Of a DNA stretch of 64,000 nt, positions 12,285 to 23,413 are shown piece by piece. Source of the DNA: Isurus oxyrinchus (taxonomy: Eukaryota); assembly GCA_026770705.1 (NCBI GenBank), contig JANJGN010000031.1, forward strand, positions 1,550,001-1,614,000, given 5' to 3'. Under the pieces are notes generated by a model. It was not told the DNA's origin, ran no database searches, and saw only the letters and a list, made by a program, of their open reading frames with translations. Each line of letters begins with the position of its first letter. Position 1 is the stretch's first letter. Both the position numbers and the translations under genes were made by a program.

Positions 12285-12323
12285 GGTTTTTGTTGAGCTG
12301 CTCCATCTCTCTGAGTCACTGTG
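12285..12323 (-). other. 23-RSS of V type C copy 1 (consensus)
   Basis: CACAGTG-23 nt-ACAAAAACC. Confidence 0.95.
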
Positions 12324-12847
12324 CAGACTCCAGGCGCAGTAATACACGGCCGAGTGATTCCCCCGCAGGCTGGGGGACTCCAGCATGAACTTGGAGCCAC
12401 TCGGTCTCTGGGCCTTGAAACCGTCCACCGGCCCCTCTGAACTCACTTGATTGGTGCCTGCGGAGTAAAACATCAGCTGCGGCTCCCTCCCCGGGTACTG
12501 TCTGTACCAGAACATGTCAGGGTTACTGCTCCCCTCCATAGTGCACTCCAGTTCCACTTCATCCCCGGAATATCTGGAGACAGCAGCGGGAGTCTGGCGG
12601 ATAGTCTGTGAGTTCACATCTGGGGAACAGAAGGAGAGCGGAAGCCGTCAGTAAAGGGGGTTAATTGGGTGTTGGGGAAACAAAGAAAGATAAGAGATAA
12701 ACGTAGAGAAATAGAAAGAAACACCAGAAGGAGAGAGAGCAAGGGAAGGTCAGCAAGTGGAGCGGAAAGCTCGAGGCTGAGCTGGAATTGTTGTCTGGAA
12801 AGTTCCTTACAGTGAAACATGATTAACGGCGGCAGCAACAGATACAT
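12324..12847 (-). CDS. TRBV: TCR beta V segment, type C copy 1, apparently functional (TRBV30-like); leader 12811-12847, V exon 12324-12619
   Basis: Spliced product MYLLLPPLIMFHYVNS-QTIRQTPAAVSRYSGDEVELECTMEGSSNPDMFWYRQ...YYCAWSL. GT/AG sites, open frame, both Cys and the Trp present, consensus RSS. Confidence 0.92.
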
Positions 12848-12924
12848 CTTCCACTTCAGGTTCCCTTTGAACCAATCTTTATCACTGGTAAGAAAACACT
12901 AGAAATAAAATGCTCCTCCTCCTC

Positions 12925-13010
12925 ACTCTGATTGGCAGCCCAACCCCTCCCATTCAGACTAACAGCCCCGCCTTTTCCCGTTTCAGCCCCGCCTCTCTCT
13001 CCCTGATTGG
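12925..13010 (-). promoter_or_regulatory. Putative V promoter: CCAAT boxes and GC boxes upstream of the type C leader
   Basis: gattgg (CCAAT on the minus strand) twice and ccccgcc twice. The same layout occurs upstream of type A (809-880) and a similar one upstream of type B (10229-10270). Confidence 0.45.
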
Positions 13011-13371
13011 ATTATGTGGAGCTGCGGGCAGCAGGAAGGTGCGCACATGGGGGTGTTAGTGGACAGGGCAAAACTCGAGGGGTCACAACTCAGATTCATC
13101 AGGACAATACCGGAGTTTAGAGGGGTAAATTAAGAAGACAGGCTGCAGCAACCTTGCTGCATTCCCTGAATTTAGAATAGTGAGGGGTGACTTAATTCAA
13201 CTGCTCAAACTGGAAAAGCAAAATTGAGGGTATTTGATAGAAACTTTTCTCTCTGCTGGGAGGACTGTCCAAAAGAGTAGAATAACCTTAAAATTAGAGT
13301 TCGGAATGAGAGGTGAGCTTATTGATACATAGAAGATTCGGAGGTTGGCTTGAAAAGGCAGATACTGTTCT

Positions 13372-13513
13372 AGTTCTGTCGAAGGGTCATGAGGACTCGA
13401 AACGTCAACTCTTTTCTTCTCCGCCGATGCTGCCAGACCTGCTGAGTTTTTCCAGGTAATTCTGTCTTTGTTTTGGATTTCCAGCATCCGCAGTTTTCTT
13501 TGTTTTTATTTTT
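13372..13513 (+). mobile_element. 142-bp Penelope-like 3'-terminal mini-insertion containing a hammerhead ribozyme motif
   Basis: Near-identical to the reverse complement of PLE terminus 25345-25480. Perfect 12-bp TSD AGATACTGTTCT (13360-13371 / 13514-13525). The empty site is visible in the type A paralogue (~1254-1265). Confidence 0.88.
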
Positions 13514-14906
13514 AGATACTGTTCTTCATGGGGGAAGAGAGAACTCGGAGCAGTTTCAAAAAAGGGGGTCGCCCGTTTAAGAGGGAGATGAGGAACAATC
13601 TCTTTGAGAGTCGTGAATGTTTGCAATTCTGTACCTCAAAGAGCAGTGGAGGATGGGTCAATGAATATATTCAAGGCTGAGCAAAAGTTTTGAATTATTC
13701 GGGAAATAGGAGATAATGAATGCGGGAAGGCTGCAGACAAAGTGGATAAGGCTGCAATGAGATTTGCCATGATCTCATTGAATGGCAGAGCAGGCTCGTG
13801 GGGCCGAATGGCCTACTCCTGCTCTTCTTTCTTATGTCCTTAAGTTATGACCGGCTAACTTGCTCCTATATCAGTAACTACTTTCGATATTCCCGGGATA
13901 GTTTTCTCTCTGACCAGCCTTGTATTCCCTGGAATGTAGAAGTTCGAAGAGTGAGCAAATCAAGGCGTTAATGATTAAAGGATTTGATAAAGCAGATGGA
14001 GAGAAAGCATTTCCATTGGCTGGGGAAGGGTCCACCACACCGGCGCAGTACAATCAAATTCGACCCAGGCCGGTGGAAATCTTGAGCTCGGTCCCCTGCA
14101 AACAGCTGTGGAGCCTGGGGATCAACTGTAACCTTCAACAGCCGAATTAATCGAAAACAGAAAATGGTGGGAAAACGCAGGTCAGGCAGCATCTGTGGGG
14201 AGAGAAACAGATTTAACGTTTCGAGTCCGTCTAACACTTCCTCAGACCGGAAATGATAGATTTTTGTAATGTTGGGAGAACGAAAATACAGAGCGCAGGC
14301 GGGTAAATGGAGCTAAGAAACAGAGCAGCCACGATTCCATTGAATGAATGAACAGTTTCGCGGTGAGGAATCGCCTCCTCCGCCGACTCGAATGGCCGAA
14401 TGGTCTCCCGATATTCCTGTGTAAAAACTTCATTAAGCTCGATGGGCCTCCTCCTGTTCCTGTCTAATAGTTTCGAGAGGGGGCTGAAATGACCTCCTCC
14501 TTTACGTATGTAACAAATCCAAAGGGACAGAATGGGGACGTGTGTAACAAAACCAAAGGGACTGAACGGGGCTTCCGTATGTTGCCGTGCTGAATGGACG
14601 CCTTCTGTAACTTTGTTTCCTTTAAAACATTGTCCGGCGCTGGTCTCCTTGATGGTCTTTGTCCGTCCCCTGCTGCTCCAAGGAGAACGCGCAGTTAGTG
14701 AATAAATTTCAATTATTTTTGCTGCAGTCACAAACTCCTCATTCTGGTACAATATTGTTAATTAATCTCCAGTGTTTTTACATCCATTCCCTCACTTTCA
14801 TAGTAACCGGTTTCCTCTTATTGCCATAAACACGTTATTCAGCAAACGTGAAACAGGGGGCAACCGCCTGGTTCTCTCATTTACAGCTGTTTCCTGCCGC
14901 CTTTAG

Positions 14907-14945
14907 GGTTGTTGTTGAGCTGCTCCATCTCTCTGAGTCACTGTG
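14907..14945 (-). other. 23-RSS of V type D copy 1
   Basis: CACAGTG-23 nt-ACAACAACC (A-tract of the nonamer broken). Confidence 0.9.
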
Positions 14946-15423
14946 CAGACTCCAGGCGCAGTAATACACGGCCGCGTGATCCACCGGGCGACTCCAACTT
15001 GAACTCCGAGTCTCTCGATCTCCGAGCGGTGAAACCGCCCACCGGCCCCTCTGGATTTACAATATTGGTGCCTCAGGAGTCAAACATCAGCTGCAGCTCT
15101 TTCCCCGGGTCCTGTCTGTACCAGAACATGACACCGCTACTGGCTCCATCCGCAGTGCAATTCAATTCCACTCTCTCTCCAAGAAATTTGGAAATAGTTC
15201 GGGGAATCTGATGGACTGTCGCCGATTTCGCGGCTGAGAAACAAAACGGGAGAGAAGGACGTAAATAAACAGGGACATTCTCATGGAGAAGCAGGGAATG
15301 AAAGAGAAAACATGAGAGAAGGATGGAAGAAAATAAATGATAAACGATGGATGTTGACAAAAATTGTCGCTTGAAAAATCACTTACACTGAATTAAGATC
15401 ATGACACTCAGCAACAGAAACAT
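14946..15423 (-). pseudogene. TRBV: TCR beta V segment, type D copy 1 (pseudogene); leader 15387-15423, V exon 14946-15233
   Basis: Leader MFLLLSVMILIQ is intact. In-frame TGA at 15073-15075 and an 8-nt deletion in FR3 (exon is 288 nt). Confidence 0.9.
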
Positions 15424-16199
15424 CTTTCACTTTAAGTTTGTCTTGTCATTGGGAAAGGAACGAAAACTGGAGAGGCCAGGCTTGATGGGAGTGAAACCGC
15501 CTCCTGTCAAATCAATGAAGGGAAGATGGAGGGCCCAGGGATGTGTGCATATAGCCCTCCCTCCATGGTGGAAAGACACGCCTCTCCCTCAATAATTGGC
15601 TGTAAGTGGAGCTGATAAGAACAGCGGGTTTCAAAGGCCAGAGGGCGCGAGTGGGCAAAGCAGTCGCAGATGCAGTGGGTAAGTCAGAGGTCACAATTAT
15701 CGGCCTAAGCGGGGAGAGCATAATATGTTCTAACTGGCGAGAAGCGAAGAACTCTAGAGCTGCAAAGGAACTTAGTTATCCAGCATGAAAAATCTCAGAT
15801 AGACAGAAAGAAAAATGAGTCACCAAGGTGAATGGAATGCTAGCCTTTACTCAAGCGGAGCTGGAGTGCAGCATGGAGCCAGTTACACTCCAGTTGTTGA
15901 GAGCGTCGGGCGGACTCCATCGCGAGATTTATTTCAGTTCTGGCCAGCTCACCTCAGGAGGGATGTATTAGTCTGAGAGGGGGCGGGGGACAAAGTGGAT
16001 TGACCAGATTAATATTGGGCTCAAAGCGTTAAATCACGTGGACGGTTTCTCTGTATTCCCTTGAGTTTACAAGATTGAGGAATGTATTTGCGAGCTCCTT
16101 TTTGGACATCTTAGAAAGGTATCCCGCGTTAATAAATAGGTGCTATTTCATCTAGTGTTCTTCTAGAACAATGAGATGCAGTATGTTGCTTAGTGCTGG

Positions 16200-16540
16200 T
16201 GTTGGCATCATGGTGTTGTTACTGGTCTCGTATTTCAGAGAGCCACGATTATTCTCTGGGGGCCCGGGTTCAGGTCCCACCACGGCAGGTGGCGAAATTT
16301 GAATCCAATCAAAATCTGAAATTGAAAGTCTGATGACTATGAACCGATTGTCGTAAAAACCCATCTGGTTCCCTTTAGGGAAGAGAATGTGCCGTCCTTA
16401 CCCTGGTCTGGTCTACATGTGACTCCACACCCACACCCGCAGCAATGTGGTTCACTCTGAACGAGGGCAATGAGGGATGGCCAATAAATGCTGGCCTAGC
16501 CAGCGACGCCCACATCCCACGAACGAACCATTAAAAATAA
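16200..16540 (+). mobile_element. tRNA-derived SINE with LINE-like 3' tail
   Basis: B-box-like GGTTCAGGTCC, body (cgtaaaaacccatctggttc..tacatgtgactcca), tail gggatggccaataaatgctggcctagccagcgacgcccacatccc, A-rich end. Confidence 0.65.
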
Positions 16541-17500
16541 AGCCTAGGCCTTATGAGAGGCGTGCGGTAAGGAAGAACTGATTAAACAACGGATAGTGAA
16601 AACCTGCAACATTCTCCCCAAAATACAGTCAATGTTGGTGGTCAATTTCAAAATTGAGGTTGATAGATTTTGTCCGGTCAGTGTTTCAAGGGATGAGTAG
16701 TGGAGGTGGGTAGATGGAATGAACGGTACAGATCAGCTATAATGCTATAGTGGAACAGGCTCGAAGGGCTGTCTCGCCTCCATCTGTTTCTGTTCCAATT
16801 TCACCATGTTCCAGGCACTGATGTGTTTCATGGTCCTAGAGCGTCCTCTGCAGTTCGAGTTGGGAAAGAAATCGCAGAGTCAGTGTATTAAAGCCCAGCT
16901 TTTTCGGTGCTTCCTTAACGCTGTTTCCCTTCCATTTTGTAATTTATCTTTTATTTTTATTTGCTTTTTAATTTGCCGCACTCACAGCTAAATTCACAGT
17001 GAAAACCAGCCTCGTCCGCTGACTGTGCTCAAAACTTCAGCCCAGAGTGGGTTATTCATTTATTCACTTATTCATTTCTCATTCGTGTTTATCCAGTTTC
17101 CGCTTCAGGGCATCGATAATATTCCCCTCAAACACTCGGTGGTGGCGACTTCCACATGCTTTGCTTGAATTAGATTGTTCCAAATTCCTAATTCGATTTT
17201 GTAACTGATTCTCATCTTCTCCACCTGAATCCTATTGAACCGCTTCATTGTTTCAATAAAACTTCATGAGAATTGCTCTCAACCTCCATTTTCCAGCAAA
17301 AACAAACAAATTTAGACTTTGCTGATGGTTTCACCACTCATAGCTGGCAACTCCCTGCTCCAGTGCTTCACAATCTATTCACTCATTTTATTGTAACTGT
17401 TCTCTTATTGTCAAAAGGTCTTTGTCCCGAGAGAAAAAGAAACAGCGAGTCGAAGCGCCTCGTAATGTTGTCTCGAGCAGCTGTTTCCTGCCGCCTTTGG

Positions 17501-17539
17501 GGTTTTTGTTGAGCTGCTCCATCTCTCTGAGTCACTGTG
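17501..17539 (-). other. 23-RSS of V type E copy 1 (consensus)
   Basis: CACAGTG-23 nt-ACAAAAACC. Confidence 0.95.
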
Positions 17540-18042
17540 CAGACTCCAGGCGCAGTAATACACGGCCGAGTGATTCGCCCGCAGGCTGGGGGACTCCAGC
17601 ATGAACTTGGAGTCACTCGGTCTCTGGGCCTTGAAACCGTCCACCGGCCCCTCTGAATTCACCTGATTGGTACCTGTGGAGTAAAACATCAGCTGCGGCT
17701 CCCTCCCCGGGTACTGTCTGTACCAGAACATGTAAAGGTTACTGCTCCCCTCCATAGTGCACTCCAGTTCCACTTCATCCCCGGGAAATCTGGAGACGGC
17801 AGCGGGAGTCTGGCGGATAGTCTGTGAGTTCACATCTGGGGAAGAGAATGGAAGGAGGAGGTCAGTAAGTGGAGACAATGGCAGAGATTGGGGGAAAAAG
17901 GACAAAAAGAAAAGAAAAATAGCAAAAGACAGAAAGAAAGAGATAGAAATAAAAATATAAAAGAAGGTTATGAATGAGAGTTACTATTTAAAAGAATTCA
18001 CTTACGGTGAAACAAGGTCATCAGACCCAGCAACAGATACAT
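17540..18042 (-). CDS. TRBV: TCR beta V segment, type E copy 1, apparently functional (TRBV30-like); leader 18006-18042, V exon 17540-17835
   Basis: MYLLLGLMTLFHHVNS-QTIRQ...CTMEGSSNLYMFWYRQ...YYCAWSL. Open frame, GT/AG sites, consensus RSS. Confidence 0.92.
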
Positions 18043-19321
18043 TTTTAACTTGAAGTCTTTTACTCAATAAACACAGGAGCGAGAACAGAAGTGTGGACGC
18101 TTGTGAGGTGCCAACCCGCTCTTATCAAAACATCGAGGAAAACACGAAGAGCGGGAGGAAGTGATGAAGATTCGGACACACCTCTCCCTCTGAATGGCCT
18201 TTCTGCGACTCCCTCTCGAAGTTGCTGGGCCCTCCCTCTCTCTGATGTATTGACTCCCCGTACAGCCTGTTAACGTTTAAAGAGAAACTGAACTCCCAGT
18301 GAAAACAGTACGATACAAGATTTTAGGTTTTGAATAAGAAAAGCTTTACTGTACAAAACTTGTAAAAGCGAGCACTACTAAATTAACATAATATTTTGTA
18401 ATGACTCTGTTTAAAACCCATTTTACTTTCTACTTCCACTCAAGAATTTCTTTATACATTTCAAGGTCTGGAGGTTTCATTCACTTCTTCTGAGACAAAG
18501 CAAGGTACATCACAGTTCTCGGTAATTCACTCGGTAATTGTCCTCAATGATCCAGCTATTCTCTGATGTGCAAGTGCTTTTGGGATCCTTCCACCAGCAT
18601 TTGTATAGGTGACTCCAACCCTCCTTTGACACCTCCCGATTGTGGATCCCCACAGCTCAAGCATGGGCTTCACCATCTTGCGTAATTACTTTTAAAATCA
18701 GAAAATCACCTTTCATTTCTGACAGCCCTTTGTTATGGTTCTCATTGCTTCACAGCTCCTGGCAGACCTTCTCTCTGCTTTTCTTCAAGCTGAGTGACTG
18801 TTTCTGTGAGAAAACATATAGATAAAAACCCAAAACAAAAGTTTACCTTCCTGCATTGCATATCTCCATGGATGTTCCTAACAGAAATGTAAATTATCAA
18901 AACAACCCTTCGATTCTGGGTCTCACACAAATAATTTACATCTCTAATGAGAATAACAACCATCTTACCAGATTCTCAGGTTCCATGAAGAAACTCATTG
19001 TTTATAAAATAGTTTAAGAGCTTCTTAAATCTAGAGAGCCTACATGAATTATTTAAACCTCCTCAGTTTACACTCCAACTTTTACGCATTTTCTAAGATG
19101 TTGTGAGACAAACGGGCTGCTATACAGAGATCCAGATGTGCTGTTATAGAATGCTAGGTGTAAATATCTTTCACCACTATCCCAAAATCAAACTTTCCTC
19201 TTTGAACTGTAATGAAGAGGTGAACTGTCGAGTATTTCTTTATTTGTGAATTGATAGGGTAGATAGTTTACAGTTCTCTCCTCTGTGGGGAAATTCAGAA
19301 CAACTTTACAATAAAATCAAC

Positions 19322-20740
19322 ACACATACGAATTAGGAGCAGGAGTAGGCCACTCGGCCCCTCTAGCCTGCTCCGCCATTCAATAAAACCATGGCTGATC
19401 TAATTTTCACCTCAACTTCAAATTCCTGCCTACTCCTGCTAACCTTTCACCTCCTTAATATCAAGAATCTCTCTACTTCCGCCTTAATGATATTCAAAGA
19501 CTCTCCCTCAAACACCTTTTGCAGAAGAGAATTCCAAACCCTCACAACACTCTGAGAGAGAGAAAAATATCCTCACCACTGCCTGAAACAGGCAATGCCT
19601 AATTTTTAAACAGTGCCCCTTAGTTCGAGATTCTCCCACAAGAAGAAACATCCTCTCCACATCCACCTTGTCAAGACCCCTCAGGAACTTATATGTTTCA
19701 ATCAAGTCGCCTCTTCCCTTCTAAACTCCAGTGGATACAAGCCTAGTCCAACCTTTCCTTATAAGACAACCCGACCATTCCAGTATTAATCTAGGAAAAC
19801 TTCTCTGAACCGCTTCCAATGCATTTCCATCCTTCCTTAAATACTGCACACAGTACTGAGATGTGGTCTCACCAATGCCCTAAATAACTGAAGCATAACT
19901 TCCCTATCCTTGTATTCAACTCCCATCACAAAAACAATAACATTCTCTTAGCTTTCCCAATTACTTGCTGTACCTGCATTCTAACCTTTTGGGATTCAAG
20001 CACTTGGGCACCCAGAAATCTCTACATCTCAGAGCTCTGCAATCTCTCACCATTTATATAATATGCTTCTTTTTATGTCCTGCCAAAATGGGCAACTTCA
20101 CATTTTCTCACATTAATACTGTATTTGCCAGGTCTTTACCCACTCATTTAACTCATCTATATCCGTTTGTAACCTTCTTATGTCCTCTTCACAATTTACT
20201 TACCTACCTATCTTTGGATCAACTGCAAATTTAACAACAATATCGTCATTCCCTTCATGTTAATTATTTGTATAAATTGTGAAGTGTTGAGGCCCCAGCA
20301 TTGACACCTGTAGCACATCACTCGCCACATCCCAGCAACCAGAAAAAGACATATTTATGCCTACTCTCTGTTTCCTGTTAGCTAGTCAATCTGCTATCCA
20401 TGCCAATATGTAATGTCAAATACCACGTGCTCTTATTGTCAGTAATAATCTTTGATGTGGCACTTTATCAAATGCTTTCTGGAACTCTAAATGTAGTACA
20501 TCCACCAGTTCGCCTTTATTAACAGTACCTTTTCCTGTTTCAAAGAACTCCAATGAATTGGTTAAATATCATTTCCCTTTCTCAAAACCATGTTGACTCT
20601 GCCTGATGACCTTGAATTTACCTAAGTGTCCTGTTATAGCATCTTTGAGAACCACTTATGCCATTTTCCCTTTGACAGGTGTAAAGCTCACTGCCCTATA
20701 GATTCCTGCTCTCTGTCTCCCTTCCTTTTCAATAAAGCAG
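19322..20740 (-). mobile_element. CR1 LINE, 5'-truncated and degenerate
   Basis: RT C-terminus IETYKFLRGLDKVDVERMF..GESRTKGH.LKIR; 3' UTR ggagcaggagtaggcc..gcctgctccgccattcaat. Confidence 0.75.
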
Positions 20741-21229
20741 TTATATCAGGTTTTTTTGCAATCAGAACTAGGCTGTTGAGTTATGATATCAAGAAGCATT
20801 TATTCACACAAACAAATCTGTAACACTTGCCCCAATGATCACTGGATGACTTGGAGGGTCATTTGAAGATTTAAGACCGAAATTGATAGTTTTTTGTTGG
20901 GTAAATGTATGAATGGTGACAAGGCAGATAATTGAAATTAAGATACAGAACAGCTGGAATCTAATTGAATTGTCTGGCAGGTACGAAAGACTCCCGATTT
21001 TTCTTGAGTTCTCTACTTGAGGGCAGGTCCGACCCACAGCCTCCACCACAGGTGGGGCTAGGAAGCAGGCCACGAATTCACCCTATCCAGAATGGGGATC
21101 AAACCCCGTCGCTGTTAGCACCAAACTGATCCACACTAGCCATCCAGCTACTTCAACATGTATGTTGGAGCCTGGAATCTCCGACATTCCAAAACATTGC
21201 TAACCAGGAATATCTCCCGCTCCCACTGC

Positions 21230-21385
21230 CTGCCATTTGCGTGTGTTGGAAGGACTTCTACGTTGACACTCAACCTGTTTGGCTGCATTACGAATGTACC
21301 TTCCACGGGCATCGAGCCCTATAGTGGGGGATGAAGATAGAGCTTCTGACTCAGAGGCAGGGTCACTACTCGCTGCGCCACAAGA
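21230..21385 (-). mobile_element. tRNA-derived SINE 5' fragment
   Basis: Minus strand TGTGGCGCAGCGAGTAGTGACCCTGCCTCTGAGTCAGAAG, a tRNA-like head. Confidence 0.45.
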
Positions 21386-22634
21386 CCGCCTCCTGAGTTT
21401 CGATTCCTGTTAAACCAACATGTCCGGGACCAGGGTCTGGCAACAGCTTCGATCGCCTCCTGCTGTCCACTTGGAGAAAGAATCCTGGTGCCTGGAAACA
21501 CTGGACGTTATATTGTTCTCTTTGTCTCTTTATTTCTTTCTTCATTTGTCAAAGCCTTTCTCTTACTTGCTGTTTCATTATTTTCTGCGTCACTTCTTTC
21601 TTCCTGTCTTTAGTTTCATTTATTTCTCTATTCTGACTCTTACATTTTTTTAAACCCTGAAACAGGACGATGAGACTGGGCATGGCCTATGACGTGTTTA
21701 TTACTTTCTCTGCTCCTGTCTACCTATCCTTCTTATTTTCATTTTTTCATTCGCCCTTTCCTCGGGTTGGCTACTTTATTTTCTATTTTCCATTTTTCAA
21801 CCTTTTGTAATGAACACAGAGTTTGTAAACACATTCCTGCTGCAGATCGAAAGCCCATCTATGTGACTCCCGGTCCGCCCTTTATTTACCCGCCAATAAG
21901 AACAGCGTAAAAATGCTGAAAGAAGCAAGAAGCCAGAGTCCATCTCCCCCTCCCCACGGTTCCCATGTCTGTCCCTACTCAGGGGTCAGTTCACTAACTC
22001 CACTGATTAATCCCATAAAGGCATTTTACTGCCCCTCACTGTACCAACATGGACTGTATCACACAGAAACAGACCAGTCAATCCAACAGCCTCGTGCTAT
22101 TGTTTAAAGAGCGGCTTTAATCCTCTCCTCCCATGCTAACTGATTTCAACCCTTCAACACACCCTTCATCATTCATCTGTTTATCCAGCTTCCCCTGAAA
22201 TCCATCTCTGCTCTTCGCCCCATGGTTCCAGAATCTCGCCTCTCTGGGAAAATGAGGTTTCTCCTGAAAGCCCGATGGGATATATTGTATTATTAATCAT
22301 CTCATATTGCTGACCCCTAGTTCTGGTCACGCCTGCAAGTGAAAATATCTCCTGTCCATCTCCTTGTTGAACCGCCTTCCATCATGTTAAATTCCTCTAT
22401 CAGGATAGCAGCCATTCTGGTGGAAACAGCTCCAGTCTCTTCCGTCTTTCCCGATAGTAACAGCCGCTCAGTTGCTTGTAAATTTGTCTGTGCACCTTTT
22501 CCACAGCTTCTATACCTGACATTCAACCCAACTGATCTCTTGTTCTTCCCAAAACTGCCTTCACTTTGGTAAAGAGAAACAAGAGGCGGCATCGCCTGGT
22601 TTCCTCATTCACAGCTGTTTCGTGCCGCCTTTGG

Positions 22635-22673
22635 GTGATTTGTTGAGCTGCTACATCTCTCTGAGTCACTGTG
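22635..22673 (-). other. 23-RSS of V type A copy 2 (degenerate nonamer)
   Basis: CACAGTG-23 nt-ACAAATCAC. Confidence 0.88.
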
Positions 22674-23195
22674 AAGACTCCGGGGGCAGTAATACACGGC
22701 CGAGTTATCCGCCCGCAGGCTGGGGGACTCCAGCATGAACTCGGAGTCTCTTGGTCTCTGGGCGGTGAAACCGTCCACCGGCCCCTCTGGATTTACAATA
22801 CTGGTGCCTCTGGAGTAAAATAGAAACTGCAGCTCCTTCCCTGGGTCCTGTCTGTACCAGAACATGTCAGGGTTACTGCTCCCTTCCACAATGCACTCCA
22901 GTTCCATTTCATCCCCGGGAAATCCGGAGACAGCAGCGGGAGTCTGGCGGATAGTCTGTGACTTCACACATGGGAAGGAAAGGAGAGCGGAAGCCGTCAG
23001 TAAAGAGGGTAAATTGGGTGTTGGGGAAACAAAGGAAGGAAAGAGACAAACGTAGAGAAATAGAAAGAAAGACCAGAAGGAGAGAGAGCAAGGGAAGGTC
23101 AGAAAGTGGAGCGGAAAGCTGGATGCTGAATAGGAATTGTTGTCTGGAAAGTTCCTTACAGTGAAACATGATTAACGGAGCCAGCAACAGTACAT
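22674..23195 (-). pseudogene. TRBV: TCR beta V segment, type A copy 2 (pseudogene); leader 23160-23195, V exon 22674-22969
   Basis: Same leader frameshift, CAT acceptor and CPRS as copy 1. Confidence 0.9.
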
Positions 23196-23268
23196 CTTCC
23201 ACCTCAGGTTCCCTTTGAACCAATCTTTATCCCTGGTAAGAAAACACTGCAAATACAATGCTCCTCCT

Positions 23269-23413
23269 GGCTTGGCCTAAATAGCCAAGTGGTTATGATA
23301 CTGGGCTTGTAACCCCAAGATCAAGAGTTCAAATCTCACAATGGCAAAACTATGAAACAATGTAACTTCACCTGAAAAACAGATGGAAACGAGTTTGTAC
23401 TCGAAAGAGTTAT
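23269..23413 (+). mobile_element. tRNA-derived short SINE in the type A promoter, copy 2
   Basis: Perfect TSD AATGCTCCTCCT; A-box and B-box GTTCAAATC. Confidence 0.75.

Noticed and set aside
18268-19110. Possible solo LTR upstream of V type E
   Set aside because: It starts with TGTT and looks like an insertion, but I could not find a matching CA end with a TSD.
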